A stretch of DNA of 64,000 nt from Octopus sinensis (lineage: Eukaryota): assembly GCF_006345805.1 (NCBI RefSeq), contig NC_043001.1, positions 98,270,001-98,334,000 of the forward strand, given 5' to 3'. The notes under the pieces were generated by a model that had not been told where the DNA came from, did no database searches, and saw only the letters and a list, made by a program, of their open reading frames with translations. Shown piece after piece: positions 38,587 through 50,155 of this stretch (its first letter is position 1; each line of letters opens with the position of its first letter). Position numbers and translations under genes: made by a program.

Positions 38587-41500
38587 GTAAGTCACCATTT
38601 TATTTTACGTCGCATATTTTTGTGCATTTATTCCTTATTTATGGATCTTTTAAGCATTAAAATGTAATTTTATTAAACCCTAACCGTTGCTAAATACCTC
38701 TCACCTGTTTATATTGTACATAAATCAGCGTGTATGTCTTTTCTTTGTATATTTGTTTCGTGGTAGTTGCCGTGCTACACCACGTGTCGGACTCGGAGTC
38801 GGTTAAGATGTTGAACACTTTAGTTATTTGTTAATCTATCAAGATACTAGCATTAATTGCTAGTAATCTCTTTACTAAGCTGCTGCTGCCTTTTCCTCTC
38901 TATCCAGGGAGATAGATATTTTGTTGTATTTATATACATGCATATACAAATAGGTTTTGTGATACGACCAGGAAAATAGAACTCCAACGTGTATGTTCAT
39001 ATATATCATAATCATCTCTCTCTCGTGTCATTGAGACCCAAAGGTGTCCGGCATTATCCCATTACGCAATCCTTTCTTATATATATATAATATACCATAT
39101 TATACACGTATAATATGGTAATTTGGCCGTTCAAGACTGACTCAAGGGCCGAGAATTTCGTGTATTGTTGCTTGTCAAGATATGGAGATATCTATTATGT
39201 ATATGGATATAAATTATGCTTCAATTAATGTTCAGAATATTAGAGAATGTAGGAAGATAGGGTTGTCATTATTTAAGCTGCTGGTGGAGAGTAAATTGGT
39301 GTATCCTGCTGGGGGGTCATTGCAACAAATGGAAGTTTGTCTTGCAGGACCAAGGACGATTTTAAGACGGTTTAATATTTAAAATGTTAATTATGAATTT
39401 TATTTGTTGTTTTCAAAGCTTATAGGGATATGTTAAATGTTTACAACAACGACTTTATTGTGTTGAATACATATAAACTTCAGGTACTTATGATCTGAAG
39501 AATACCGTTTATTAGCCCTTTTATACTCCGTAAGAGCTCTGATCTCCGAACTCTGGGCGTGTATATCCTTAGTGCTGAAATAATTTATTGATGATCGAAG
39601 GTATATTAGAATGGATAAAGGAATAAAATGCCGAGTCTTAACACCCTTTTAAACTAATTGGATGTTTGTCGGTTATTAGTAACGTAATCTGTAGGTCAAG
39701 GTCGTGTACAATTAGTATATATTGTTTTTCTCCTGTATGATTATTATGTTTCCCATCTATATTTTATATAGGTGGCAGATGAGACGTGGATATTAAATTT
39801 TTTACGTTCGTAGTCATGTGCACTAATTTAAAAGATAGCGTATAGGAAACCAGTGTCATTGATAACCATTCTGCTCATGCAAAAATGTCCGGCTAGCTGG
39901 CAGAATAGGAGAAAATGCTAAGCATTTTTGCTGATCAACTTTGCCTTTCTTTTGACATTTAACCGACTTTCTCCTTCCCCTGAAAAATTGCTGGCGTTGT
40001 GCAGAATTCTACACAATGTAGTGACGATTTTTTTTTGCCCTCTGCTGTGTGAAGAACAGTGTATAAATCACGTGTCTGAAACAGCTGAATTCGTTGGGGT
40101 AGGGAAGTAATACCGAATTTTTGTAGGTTTAAGGGGATAAGAAAAACTTTTATTATATTAAGTGATGTGAAATATTTGGGGTTCAAAGCCTTGTGAGAGA
40201 TTTGTTTGGTTGAGATTGGATTCAACTTTCAAATGTTGCCAGAAAGGTGTTTTATTCTTGTATCAATTCAAACAATTTTACATTTGAACTTAGTTCTGCA
40301 TACCATGCTAAACTAGATGTCAAGAATCAATGTTGCAGAAAATTTCAATCTTTTCTGGAATTATGTTGAAACCCACAAATTATTACTGTTACCATATTTC
40401 TATTGTAAACACTTTTTGCTTCAATAAATTGTGAAAATAATAATAAAGAAATATTTGGTACATAAAAAAATTTAACATAAAATTTTGATGTTTTTTAAAT
40501 TAGATAATTTAAAACAGGAATTTAGCATCATAAAACTTGGAGCATCACAGGCAAATTGGGTTAACTTTATTCATGGATTATGTTATTCTTGTATGTAGAA
40601 GTTATTGGTTGTTCTAAGTAACTTTTCCCCATTGCAACATTTGAAAATTGCATTGATCAATTTTGTTCGGTGTATGTACTTTGAGTTGAAATTTAGATTT
40701 ATTATGAAGTGTTGATAAACTTTCAATGGTGAAAAGGAATTAAGAATTAAGCTATGCATACATAGCTTATAATGTTAGAAAATTTGAATTCCAATATAAG
40801 CTCTTTAAAAACAAGGCTTTGTATTTTAGTATTTAAAGTATCATGTATGCCAAAAGGTTTAGTGTTCAGAGAACCAGCATCCCACTGAGCACTGTTTCTC
40901 TTTGTCCAATAGTGAATATATATATTTAGTGATTGTAACTGAATCAAATTTAATTCTTAGAAGTTAAAGGGAGGGAACATGTAAAAGAGGGTAGATCCAG
41001 GGAGACCGAAGATGAAGTGGTGAGGAAAGATCTGATGTTGGGCCTCATAGATGACATAAGGAACTGGTTTGCTGTACTTGAGAAGATATGCTAAGCTAAA
41101 TAAAATCTTGGCTGTCTATGCATAAATCCCTTACTTAGCTGAGAGATCTTCGTCTTGTGGTGCCACGTTAAAGTATCTAGTATGCTCTGTAAAGTGGTTA
41201 CCATTGGAAAGGGCATGCAGCTGTAAAAACCACCCCAAAACAGACAAATGGAGCCCTAGCAGCTCCTAAGCTGGTCAACTATCAAATCATCCCATCCATG
41301 CCAGCATGGTGAGCAGACCTGAGGGTGATGATGGTGATTTGTAAACTAATTAAAAATTAAAGATGCTGCTCTTGCTATAGATATGATCTGACATCAAAAG
41401 CAAATTGCCCAGTTGTGGGAATACATGTATAACATAGACTACATCTGAGGGAAAAAAGAGGTGTTAATACCTAGATGAAGGGCTGATAGGTAAGTCAGTG

Positions 41501-41721
41501 GAATATGTAATCTGGATTCTCTAATACCCTATGGTGCTAAAAGTTTCCAAAAATTCATTTTTTTCTTCAGAGTTTGCTAATTTTAATAATCTGGGTTTGG
41601 GGATTTAGCTTTGTAAATTATTTATGGAGTGGGTCTTCGTTGCAGTTGATCTGGAGAAGTGTCTGTTTTCACTATATTATGCAGACAGTGATATTGTTGA
41701 CTTCTCATTTCAGATACGAAA

Positions 41722-41824
41722 ATGCAACTCTTTGTATTGAATTTGGCCGGGAAGACCCTGGCCCTGGACATGCATTCATCCACCACCACAATGGATGTGA
41801 TGGATTCAATTACAGCCAGGGAAG
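41722..41824 (+). CDS. UBA52: UBA52-type gene, coding exon 1 (ubiquitin-like aa 1-35)
   Basis: Acceptor TTTCAG ends at 41713, ATG 41722, MQLFVLNLAGKTLALDMHSSTTTMDVMDSITAREG, donor GTAAGT; 103 coding nt, phase 1. Confidence 0.93.
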
Positions 41825-42240
41825 GTAAGTATTTTATGCATTTCTCCTCCTCCTTCCATCAAACCTTTTCTGTTCTGGTTTTGATAGTAATAGATGGAAA
41901 TAAAAAGTAGTTACGTTTATTGCTTCACACATAAGAATGTGGTTATGTCAGATTGGCAGTTGTACAGTATGAAAGGAATAAATTGTGATTAATGTTAGCA
42001 AAAATTTGGGTAATTACATGTGGAAACCGTCTAGATGAAGAGGAACGAATGGGTTGAGGATGCCAACGTCTGGCATGGTAAAATCAGAATTTTGTAAAGG
42101 AAAACAGAAATAGAGTAGCTGAGCATATGTATTAAATGTTTTTGGCTTGTGTATATTTATATAAAAATTGAAATTTACTTATAGAAATATTGATATTTCT
42201 AAGTCTCTTTAAAGGAGACTACGGCAGTGGTACTGGATAT

Positions 42241-42802
42241 TAATAGTTATCGCCAAGCTAATATGGCAGTCCTGCATCCGTTATATGTGACCTCCTCTGT
42301 TCGAAGGAGAGGCGGTTGGATGGAACCTACACTCACCTCCTTATGAGAGCTCAAAATTTCTCGTGGAACCGCCATCCAACCAAAACGCAAATATATGGGA
42401 AACTACCATCTGTGTCATCTCTTGTGAAAGGTAGGAGAGTCCAGTTTGCTGGACATTGTTGTAGAGCTGAAAAAGTGGTAATTTTTGCTCTTCTCTGGAA
42501 GCCATTTACTTGCAATACCAGAGGGCGCACACTCTCCTACCCTGATGTAATCTCCAGGGATACAGGCATCCAGCAACAGGACCTCCGTAATGCCATGATG
42601 GACCGTGAAGTCTGGCGTAGCATGGTAAATTCCATTGTCTCGACCACGGTCGAACAATGATGATTGATGATGTTCGAAGGTTATAATGGACACAGGTTCG
42701 TGTGTGACTTAGATAGCTAGAGGTGATGGCCTCTTGGAGCTAATCAACGGCAGCATTCGTCCTATATTTCTGGACTGCAATATTAGCTTGGCAATAAATA
42801 TT
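42241..42802. mobile_element. MITE-like inverted-repeat element interrupted by a LINE fragment
   Basis: AATAGTTATCGCCAAGCTAATATGGCAGTCC / GGACTGCAATATTAGCTTGGCAATAAATATT. Confidence 0.6.
42308..42670 (+). mobile_element. 5'-truncated RTE-clade LINE with a 10-bp TSD
   Basis: RLDGTYTHLLMRAQN..RRVQFAGHCCR..DREVWR, (TGA)n tail, TSD TGTTCGAAGG at 42298 and 42671. Confidence 0.85.
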
Positions 42803-43448
42803 GAAACTCACTTAATTTTCCATAAAAGCAGAGTTGCAACTATGACATAGTGTGCCTGTATTTACTAGTAGAGTTTTGTCTCCTGCTTTTGTAAAATCCT
42901 TTCCATGAGCTAGGTTTTTTTTTTTTTTTTTTTCTCAGATGCTCATTATTTGAATTTCCTTAAGTTCTGCTCTCAGCCATATTCCTATGTAGTGCCTTTT
43001 TTGTATGTTTATTGGTGATTTTCTGTTTTTTAAATATATAGTATCTGTCCACTCTTACAGTTGTAAATGTTACCCAATTTGTTGGCATCCTTTGTATAGT
43101 TTGTGTTCTGGATTTCCCCTTCATACTTCTGCTATGAGCACAACCCATCATCTACTAGTGTAGAAAAGTACTCAGCTGTAATATCTACAATACATTATAT
43201 TTGCCATGCTCCAACTAGTACGTTTAATAACTTCATTTCTGATGGTTGTTTCATAACCACGTGGTTTTGGTTTCACTCCCACTACACAGCACCTAAATTA
43301 ATCCTTTTGTTGCCAATGTGCTTGAGAACGCATGTTTCAAAGAGTATTTCAACAGAAATGTAGTGAAAGGGTGAAGTATTTCCTATAGTCCTGGGTAGGA
43401 TCTGTTCTGTTCTGTTTGGCTCACAGATTTTAAAATTCTTTTTAATAT

Positions 43449-43686
43449 GGCGTTCCTTTGTTTTAACTCGACAATTCCCTTCGGATATCGTTGTGACCTC
43501 CATAAGAGTGCGTGTTCTGTTTTTATGTATTAATGTGTTGTGGAATATAGATATAATGAAATTATGCCAGCAAAAAGCCTTGCATATTTGTTCTTATCTG
43601 CTTCATCTGTGTATGTATAATCTGCAAATTTTCGTGGGTCACGAAGATATCCAAAGTGAATTGTCAAGTTAAAACAAAGGAACGCC
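43449..43686. mobile_element. MITE with ~50-bp TIRs
   Basis: GGCGTTCCTTTGTTTTAACTCGACAATTC.. / ..GAATTGTCAAGTTAAAACAAAGGAACGCC. Confidence 0.75.
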
Positions 43687-43688
43687 CA

Positions 43689-43995
43689 GTTCTATATTTA
43701 AGAGATGAGGAATTATTTACATTTGAAAGATATTTGTCCTCATCTTGTTTGTTATTTACTCAACGTTTTTGCTAATATACTCTCCAACCTTCATGAGGTG
43801 TCTTGGGGGATATTTTGAACCTGGGTTCATGTTATTTTTCGATGTTGTTATTATTCAGGTCACTGCCTGGAATTCAACTCGGAATCCTAGGGTTAGTAGC
43901 CAGTGCTCTTAACCACTATGCCATATGCCCGAAGGCTGGAGGATTTATCAGCTGAAACATGAGAGCAAATATCCGTCAAATGTAAATAATGTAAT
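43689..43995 (-). mobile_element. Family E tRNA-head/hammerhead element with an inverted partial copy at its 5' end
   Basis: Reverse complement of 30930-31165; 43931-43995 repeats GAAGGCTGGAGG..CAGCTGAAAC..AAATATCCGTCAAATG on +. Confidence 0.7.
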
Positions 43996-43997
43996 TC

Positions 43998-44810
43998 GCA
44001 CAGCACAGTTTTACTCAGAACATTTTTGATAAAATTTGGTATTTTAGAAGTTATTTCATGTTGTATTTGGGTAATTTCAACCAATCAGTGATGTGTATTT
44101 GGTTGAAGAAGGCTACTACTGTTTGCGATAGTAATTGAAAATGAACAACTTCCGTATCGTCTCTGCTAAATGTCCCCTCTGTTCTATTCGTATGTCGAAT
44201 GAAGACAATGCCATCTTTAATCAAATAAAGACTTTTATATAGACAAAATGTGTTTCTTGTTGATTCCAGTTAGATAAAATGATAACAATGACAATACATC
44301 TCATAGTTGTAAAATAGGGCATTTTGAAACTACATATACATCAACGGCGAAAAAGCTAACTGCAGACTCATAGCTCTATAGGTCTTTTAAACACTGTTGC
44401 ACTTTATGTGCAGGTAAAACACCAATGTCAGGTAAATGTATAAATATATATGAATAATATTTCTTCCTTCTTGGTGTTGATTCTTTGATGTTTACTGGTT
44501 ATGACACGAGAATCAAAAAAAAAAGGCATGTAATATACAACACAGGCAGTAAACAATAAATAAAATAGAACAGAGTGGTGACATTTAGTAGAGGTGGCCC
44601 AGAAGTTCCTCTTCTATTACTATCGCAAGCAGTAGTAGCTTTCTTCAACTGAATACATATCATTGATTGGTTGAAATTATCCAAATGCGTCAACTTTAAC
44701 ACAAAATAACTTCTAAAATACCAAATTTTGTCCAAAATGTTCAAAGTGAACCGTGTTGTGTGAGACATTCCACCAGTATACAAAGTTTCAAACTGTTATT
44801 AAAAATTAAT
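43998..44810. mobile_element. Non-autonomous DNA transposon with long inverted arms
   Basis: 43998-44137 mirrors 44613-44761; the right end resembles the reverse complement of ~36890-36925. Confidence 0.65.
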
Positions 44811-45019
44811 TAAAAAATTTGTGGGTTTATGTGGTAAATAGAAACTGAGAAGAAGCCCATTGTATTTATATTAGATTGTGTTTCTATCTCCTTGTCAAGT
44901 GGTCTTGTTTGTAATTTTGCTGTCTCAACAAATCCTGTTTGACCTTTAAAAGTATGAACATTAAAATAGTGACTAGTATGGGCAATGTAATCTTTAACCT
45001 GAAAAGTGCTTGCACCTCA

Positions 45020-45258
45020 TTGTTAGTTGATCTCCAGCATCACAAATCAGCTGATTCGCGATGCCCTGTTGCCAGTTGGCGCAAACGCACGGGCAGTCAG
45101 CTGAAGGCCTGGGCAACAATGATAAAGGAGTACCTCTCCGTACTATCAGTTCCGCAGATGGAACCGTCGAGCATGGGCCGCCATGGTTCGTGATGCTGTT
45201 AGGACCAGAGAAGCCGGCTCAACCCACACTGGGTGAATACCGTCACAAGTACAAGTAA
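45020..45258 (+). mobile_element. RTE-type LINE 3' remnant
   Basis: WRKRTGSQLKAWATMIKE..RRAWAAMVRDA and a (CAAGTA)2 tail. Confidence 0.55.
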
Positions 45259-45558
45259 GATCTTCAGCATATCATAAAAACCACTCTCCATCTTGTGCTT
45301 ATGTTGGAGCTGCACAGCAACAAGTTCTTTAGGTTTGGTTTCCATTCATGCATACATTTTGGAACATTGGTAGTGTCCTCTCCTTTTGTCATGTCTGTGT
45401 TGGTTACATTGATAAGGGTGGGTTTGACACTTATTCATGGAGCTAGCCAGCAAGGATTTTCTTTTTTTATGTATTTTCTGATCATAATTGAATCTTAGCT
45501 AAGTCATACAATAAACAGCTTAATGTTTAAATCTTTAATTATGCTAAATGTCTTTCAG

Positions 45559-45645
45559 GAATCCCCCAGAGCCTGCAACGACTTGTGTACTCGGGCAAAC
45601 AGCTGGACGAAACTGCTAGCTTGAGTGAATATGGTGTTGGTACAG
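45559..45645 (+). CDS. UBA52: UBA52-type gene, coding exon 2 (ubiquitin-like aa 35-64)
   Basis: TTTCAG acceptor and GTAAGA donor; 87 nt; IPQSLQRLVYSGKQLDETASLSEYGVGT aligns with Ub [28 protein letters not shown]. Confidence 0.93.
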
Positions 45646-46309
45646 GTAAGATCTTTGGTATTTTCATGTTGTTTAGCATTGGAAATGTTTTAGTGTCCTT
45701 TGGTGAAAGGTAGTTAGCATAACATTTTCGCAATGTCTCAGCAGTTGTGTTGTTTTCTTTGCAATGATATGCTTCCAGGTTTGATCCTACTGCACAGTTC
45801 TTTTGAACAAGTGTTTTCTTTACCTATAGTATGTATCTCTGTTTATTTTCACTTGTGAATCAAATTGATACATTAACAGGATGAAATACGATTGATTGCT
45901 ATCCTGTAACTTTTGTGCAATATTAGTAATGTAAGCTTTATCTTATTTCTTTACTGCCCGCAAGGGACTACGCACAGAGGGGACAAACAGATTAAGTTGG
46001 TTATATCGACCCCAGTGCGTATCCAGAAAAGGAAATGGTTGATACTGCAGTTTTGACATGTGCAGGCCGGTTGAATGGAAAATAGCTTTCAAAACAATTG
46101 ACGATTCATGACAGCAAGGTCATCCAGCTGTTGAAAAAAGTCTTCTATATTCTTTGCCACCTTGGAAAGCCAAATGGCAATTGTTAGGGCATTAGGTGTA
46201 AGAGTGGTACTCCATCTGGCTGAGATCAACCTGAGCTTTTCATTTTTCCGAGTTTGATAACTTCGAGCACCAATCAGCAACTGGGTTTCTCTGATTTTTC
46301 ACCTTGTGC

Positions 46310-46650
46310 ATCATCATCATCATCTTCTAACGTCTGCTTTCCATGCTAGCATTGGTTGGACAATTTGACGGAGGTCTGGCAAACCAGTTGGCTGCACCAG
46401 ACGCCAATCTGATCTGGCATAGTTTCTACAGCTGGATGCCCTTCCTAATGCCAACCACTCTGAAAGTGTTGTGGGTGATTTTACTTGCCTCCGGCATTAG
46501 GGCCGGGCAGGCGGTACTAGCAACGGCCATGCTCAAATGGTGCTTTGTATGTGCCACCTGCACAGGAGCCAGTCCGGGAGCACTGGCAACAACCTCACTC
46601 AAATGTTTTTTTCACATGCCATTAGCACAGGTGCCAGTAAGGCAACACAG
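46310..46650 (-). mobile_element. Family D retroposon (intronic)
   Basis: (CAT)n..TTTCCATGCTAGC..GCTGGATGCCCTTCC. Confidence 0.75.
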
Positions 46651-46716
46651 TAAGAATGTTTGTACTTTGTGAATTATTTCTGAATTAATATTTATTTCTT
46701 CATTGTTGTGTTGCAG

Positions 46717-46819
46717 GAAGTACTCTCCATTTGCTGCTCCGCCTTCCTGGTGGTATCATTGAACCCAGTTTACGTATGCTTGCTTCAAAATACAACTGTG
46801 AGAAGATGATCTGCCGAAA
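46717..46819 (+). CDS. UBA52: UBA52-type gene, coding exon 3 (Ub-like C-terminus and start of eL40)
   Basis: TTGCAG acceptor and GTAAGT donor; 103 nt; [12 protein letters not shown]|[22 protein letters not shown]. Confidence 0.96.
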
Positions 46820-47276
46820 GTAAGTACAATCTGTTACTGTTTGTTTTTAGATTGGAATTAATTACTGTATTTGCCAGCATATTGGCTATGCTTTCGTATT
46901 TTTACAAGTATAAAAAAAAAAATTACCCTGCATTTAATGTAACTATATTACAGAAGGGACCAAGTGTTGTAGGGCAGGGAGATGGATGGGCTTAGATCTG
47001 CTAAGTTTACAAGTAAAGTATTAAAAAGAAGCCAAAACATCCATGTGTTAGCATTAACTTACCAATAATTGCTGATGGCATGTTGACAGTTATATGGAGA
47101 GATCACATCTCGTACCTTCTCACCTGGTATATGTAATCCACACCTGATGTGTCATACATTATTTAACCCATAAGCATTTATAGAACAACATTATAAGACA
47201 GTTTCTAAAGGTCTGGTTCTGACTGTAAAACAGGCAGAATGCTAAAGGATTAATGAATGGTATCATTAACCCTTAG

Positions 47277-47580
47277 TGGAAGCACAATAGCCCAGTGGTT
47301 AGGTCAGCGGACTCGCAGTCGGAGGATCGCGATTTCGATTCCCAGACCAGGCGTTGTGTGTGTTGAGTGAAAACACCTAAAAGCTCCATGAGGCTCGGGC
47401 AGGGGATGGTGGCGACCCCTCTTGTATTCGTTCGCCCCAACTTTATCTCAGTCTTTCTTCCTGTTTCTTGACTAACGCTGCGATGGACTGGCATCCCATC
47501 CAACTGGGGGAACACGTGTGCCACGGAAACCGGGCCCATGAGCCTGGCTAGGCTTGATAAGGGCACATAAATAAATAAAA
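47277..47580 (+). mobile_element. SINE family C (intronic)
   Basis: tRNA-like head, CTGCGATGGACTGGCATCCCATCC core, A-rich tail, imperfect TSD ATCATTA(A/T)CCCTT. Confidence 0.8.
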
Positions 47581-47769
47581 AATCATTATCCCTTTAGCGT
47601 TTAAATCGGCTATATCCATCCCAAATAGTTTACCTGGTTTGTGTTCAAAACAGCTAGATTTGGCCTCTCACACCTACCTTACAATGCCATTCGAAGAATA
47701 AATGAGCACATCTTCAAAACCATAAAGCTATGAGGTAGTGCATGATTAATTCAAGATAATGTGAATAAA

Positions 47770-47968
47770 TAAGCTGGCAGAATCATTACCACGCCAGCCG
47801 AAATGCTTTGCAGTACTTTGTCTGCTGCTACGTTCTGAGTTAAAATTCCGCCGAGGTCGACTTTGCCTTTCATTCTTTCGGGGTTGATTAAATAAGTACC
47901 AGTTACGCACTGGGATCGATATAATCGGCTTAATCCGTTTGTCTGTTGTGGGTAGTAAAGAAATAGGT
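47770..47968 (+). mobile_element. SINE family B (intronic)
   Basis: Head and tail motifs; ends AAAGAAATA|GGTAC. Confidence 0.8.
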
Positions 47969-49047
47969 ACTCTTGAATGCTAAAGGGTTAAATGGTTTAT
48001 GATGATAATGTAAATGAAATTCTAGATGGGTGAGAGGAATGTAATTTTTATCAGTTTCTCAGCTATTTGTAATGTGTTAATGACAAGGTAGTGTGGCACA
48101 CCTCCCTGATGGCCAATCATGGTAACATGAAACATCATAGTATGTGTATGTTTTACATACTGTATGACAATTCTCTTGATCAAAGTAGAAACAATTATGC
48201 AGTTGATCTGATGGATAGAATTGAAATACAGTGCTCATATAATGTAGCTTATGTGAGGAATTTACGGTTTCATACTTTGTTCAAATATACTGTCACAGCA
48301 TTGTATTTACATGCATAGAATTACTTTTCCCCTACAAATGTGTCTTATATGCTAGTATGTTGTCATCTTCATCATTTAACGTCCGTTGTCCATGCTGGCA
48401 TAGGTTGGTTGCTTTGACTTGGGTTGGAAGGCTGCACCAGCTGGATGCTCTTCCTAATGCCAGCCACTCTGAGAGTGTAATGGGTGTTACCGACATCGGT
48501 GCCATTTGCACGACATCAGTATCTGCCATGACTGATTTTCCTAGGCTTCTTGGATGTTTTTAAACATGAGAATGCCAAAGGTGTTGGTCATTTGTCATTG
48601 CCTCTGTGAGGTCCAATGCTCAAAAGGTGCTCTATTTGCCACTGGCCCGAGTGCCAGTTACATGGTACCAATGTCAGCTGCACTACGATTTCACTTGGCT
48701 TGACAGGCCCTCTCACAGAAAAATATATGTGGTTAGATTCTGAATGACTGACTAAATCCCTGGGCTGGGTTTAATTTTTATCTAGATCCTTGTCTTTCAC
48801 TTCTACATACAGATTCAATCCCAGTTATATTCTTTGTATTGCAATTAAGGAAAATTAAGCAAAGATATTGCAGTCTTGATCACTACTGATTGCTTGGGCT
48901 ACAAAATATATTGTATAGTAGGGAGTATCGTTTAAGAGATTTACTTGTTACTTCTAATACCCTGTATGACGGTGTACTATTGACTCTTTGTTTATCACAT
49001 TACTCTGTGTCCCAGTAAATTAATATCTTCTTTCACTGTTCTTTTAG

Positions 49048-49141
49048 GTGCTATGCTCGCCTTCACCCACGTGCTACCAACTGCCGTAAAAGGAAATGTG
49101 GCCACAGTAATAATCTGCGGCCCAAGAAGAAGCTAAAGTAA
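49048..49141 (+). CDS. UBA52: UBA52-type gene, last coding exon (eL40 C-terminus)
   Basis: TTTTAG acceptor; 94 nt; [33 protein letters not shown]; spliced CDS is 387 nt = 128 aa. Confidence 0.97.
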
Positions 49142-49172
49142 ACATTACATATTTTATTGTGATGTTCAACTG

Positions 49173-49178
49173 AATAAA
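49173..49178 (+). terminator. Polyadenylation signal of the UBA52-type gene
   Basis: AATAAA about 30 nt after the stop, followed by a GT/T-rich downstream element. Confidence 0.8.
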
Positions 49179-49814
49179 CGTTTAAGTATCTACTTGGCCT
49201 TTGTTTTCCTGTTTGTCTTCTTGAGTTTTGGATTTATTGTTTATTGCAGGTCTCTGGTGTGAGAAATGTTTATGTAAATTGTGCATTTCAAGATTCTTTC
49301 TCACAGTGGAAATGTTAACGTCATCTTCTATCTCAGGGTAGGGGCTGTAGAGAACTATATAGAAAGTTCCTTTGATAGTCAGGACCTAATAGACTCGACT
49401 TGTTTTCTAGAGTGGCCTCCACAGGTGGCTGCTCGGGTACTGGAAGAAAGGAACCTTTCTCACATAATGGACTCCTCAAAGGAAGAGTATAGATCATGTG
49501 TAAAGGACCCCAACTTGCTGGAATACCTGCTGGAGTCAAAAGAGTTTATTAAAGACTCATTGATGTAATTGTTTTCAATTGTAACGGACATTTTTGCTCA
49601 TAAAAGTGTAACAATATTGTAAGAGGTTTAATACCTCAGTATTTAAAAAAAAAAAAAATTGCTTTTAGAGAAGCAAAGGTCGGCTGGCGCTTTTTGTCTT
49701 CTCCCATCCTTATCGTCCTTGTATCATTATCATTTATCTCATTAAGGTCCTTGTCCAGCCCGCAAGCTACCATACTCTTATGTACTGCCTCTATGGCAAA
49801 TTCGATAAAAAAGA

Positions 49815-50155
49815 GTAGCTTTCTTACGAACTACATGGTTCTGGGTTCAGTCCCACTGCATGGCACCTTGGGCAGGTGTCTTCTACTGTAGCCTCGGGTC
49901 AACCAAAGCTTTGTGAGTGGATGTGATAGACGGAAACTGAAAGAAGCCCGTCGTGTGTGTGTGTGTGTCCCCCACACGCACCAACATCGCTTGACAACCG
50001 ATGCTGGTGTGTTTACGTCCCCGTAAATTAGGGGTTCGGCAAAAGGGACCGATAAAATACTAAGCTTACAAAGAATGAGTCCTGGCGTTGATTTGCTCGT
50101 TTAATAGCGTGCTCTAGCATGGCCACAGTCATATGTCTGAAACAAGTAAAAGAGT
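49815..50155 (+). mobile_element. SINE family A
   Basis: Body and tail motifs. Confidence 0.8.

Noticed and set aside
41324-41395. Box C/D-like GTGATGA..CTGA in intron 1
   Set aside because: The C box is the (GAT)n tail of a family D repeat; no terminal stem or recognisable guide.
41722-46755. Alternative identity of the leader as NEDD8, FUBI or a ubiquitin pseudogene
   Set aside because: It has R72 (NEDD8 has A72), is fused to eL40 rather than eS30, and has no stops, indels or damaged splice sites.
49281-49568. 95-aa ORF just downstream of the RP gene
   Set aside because: GTG start, lies beyond the polyA signal, no recognisable domain.
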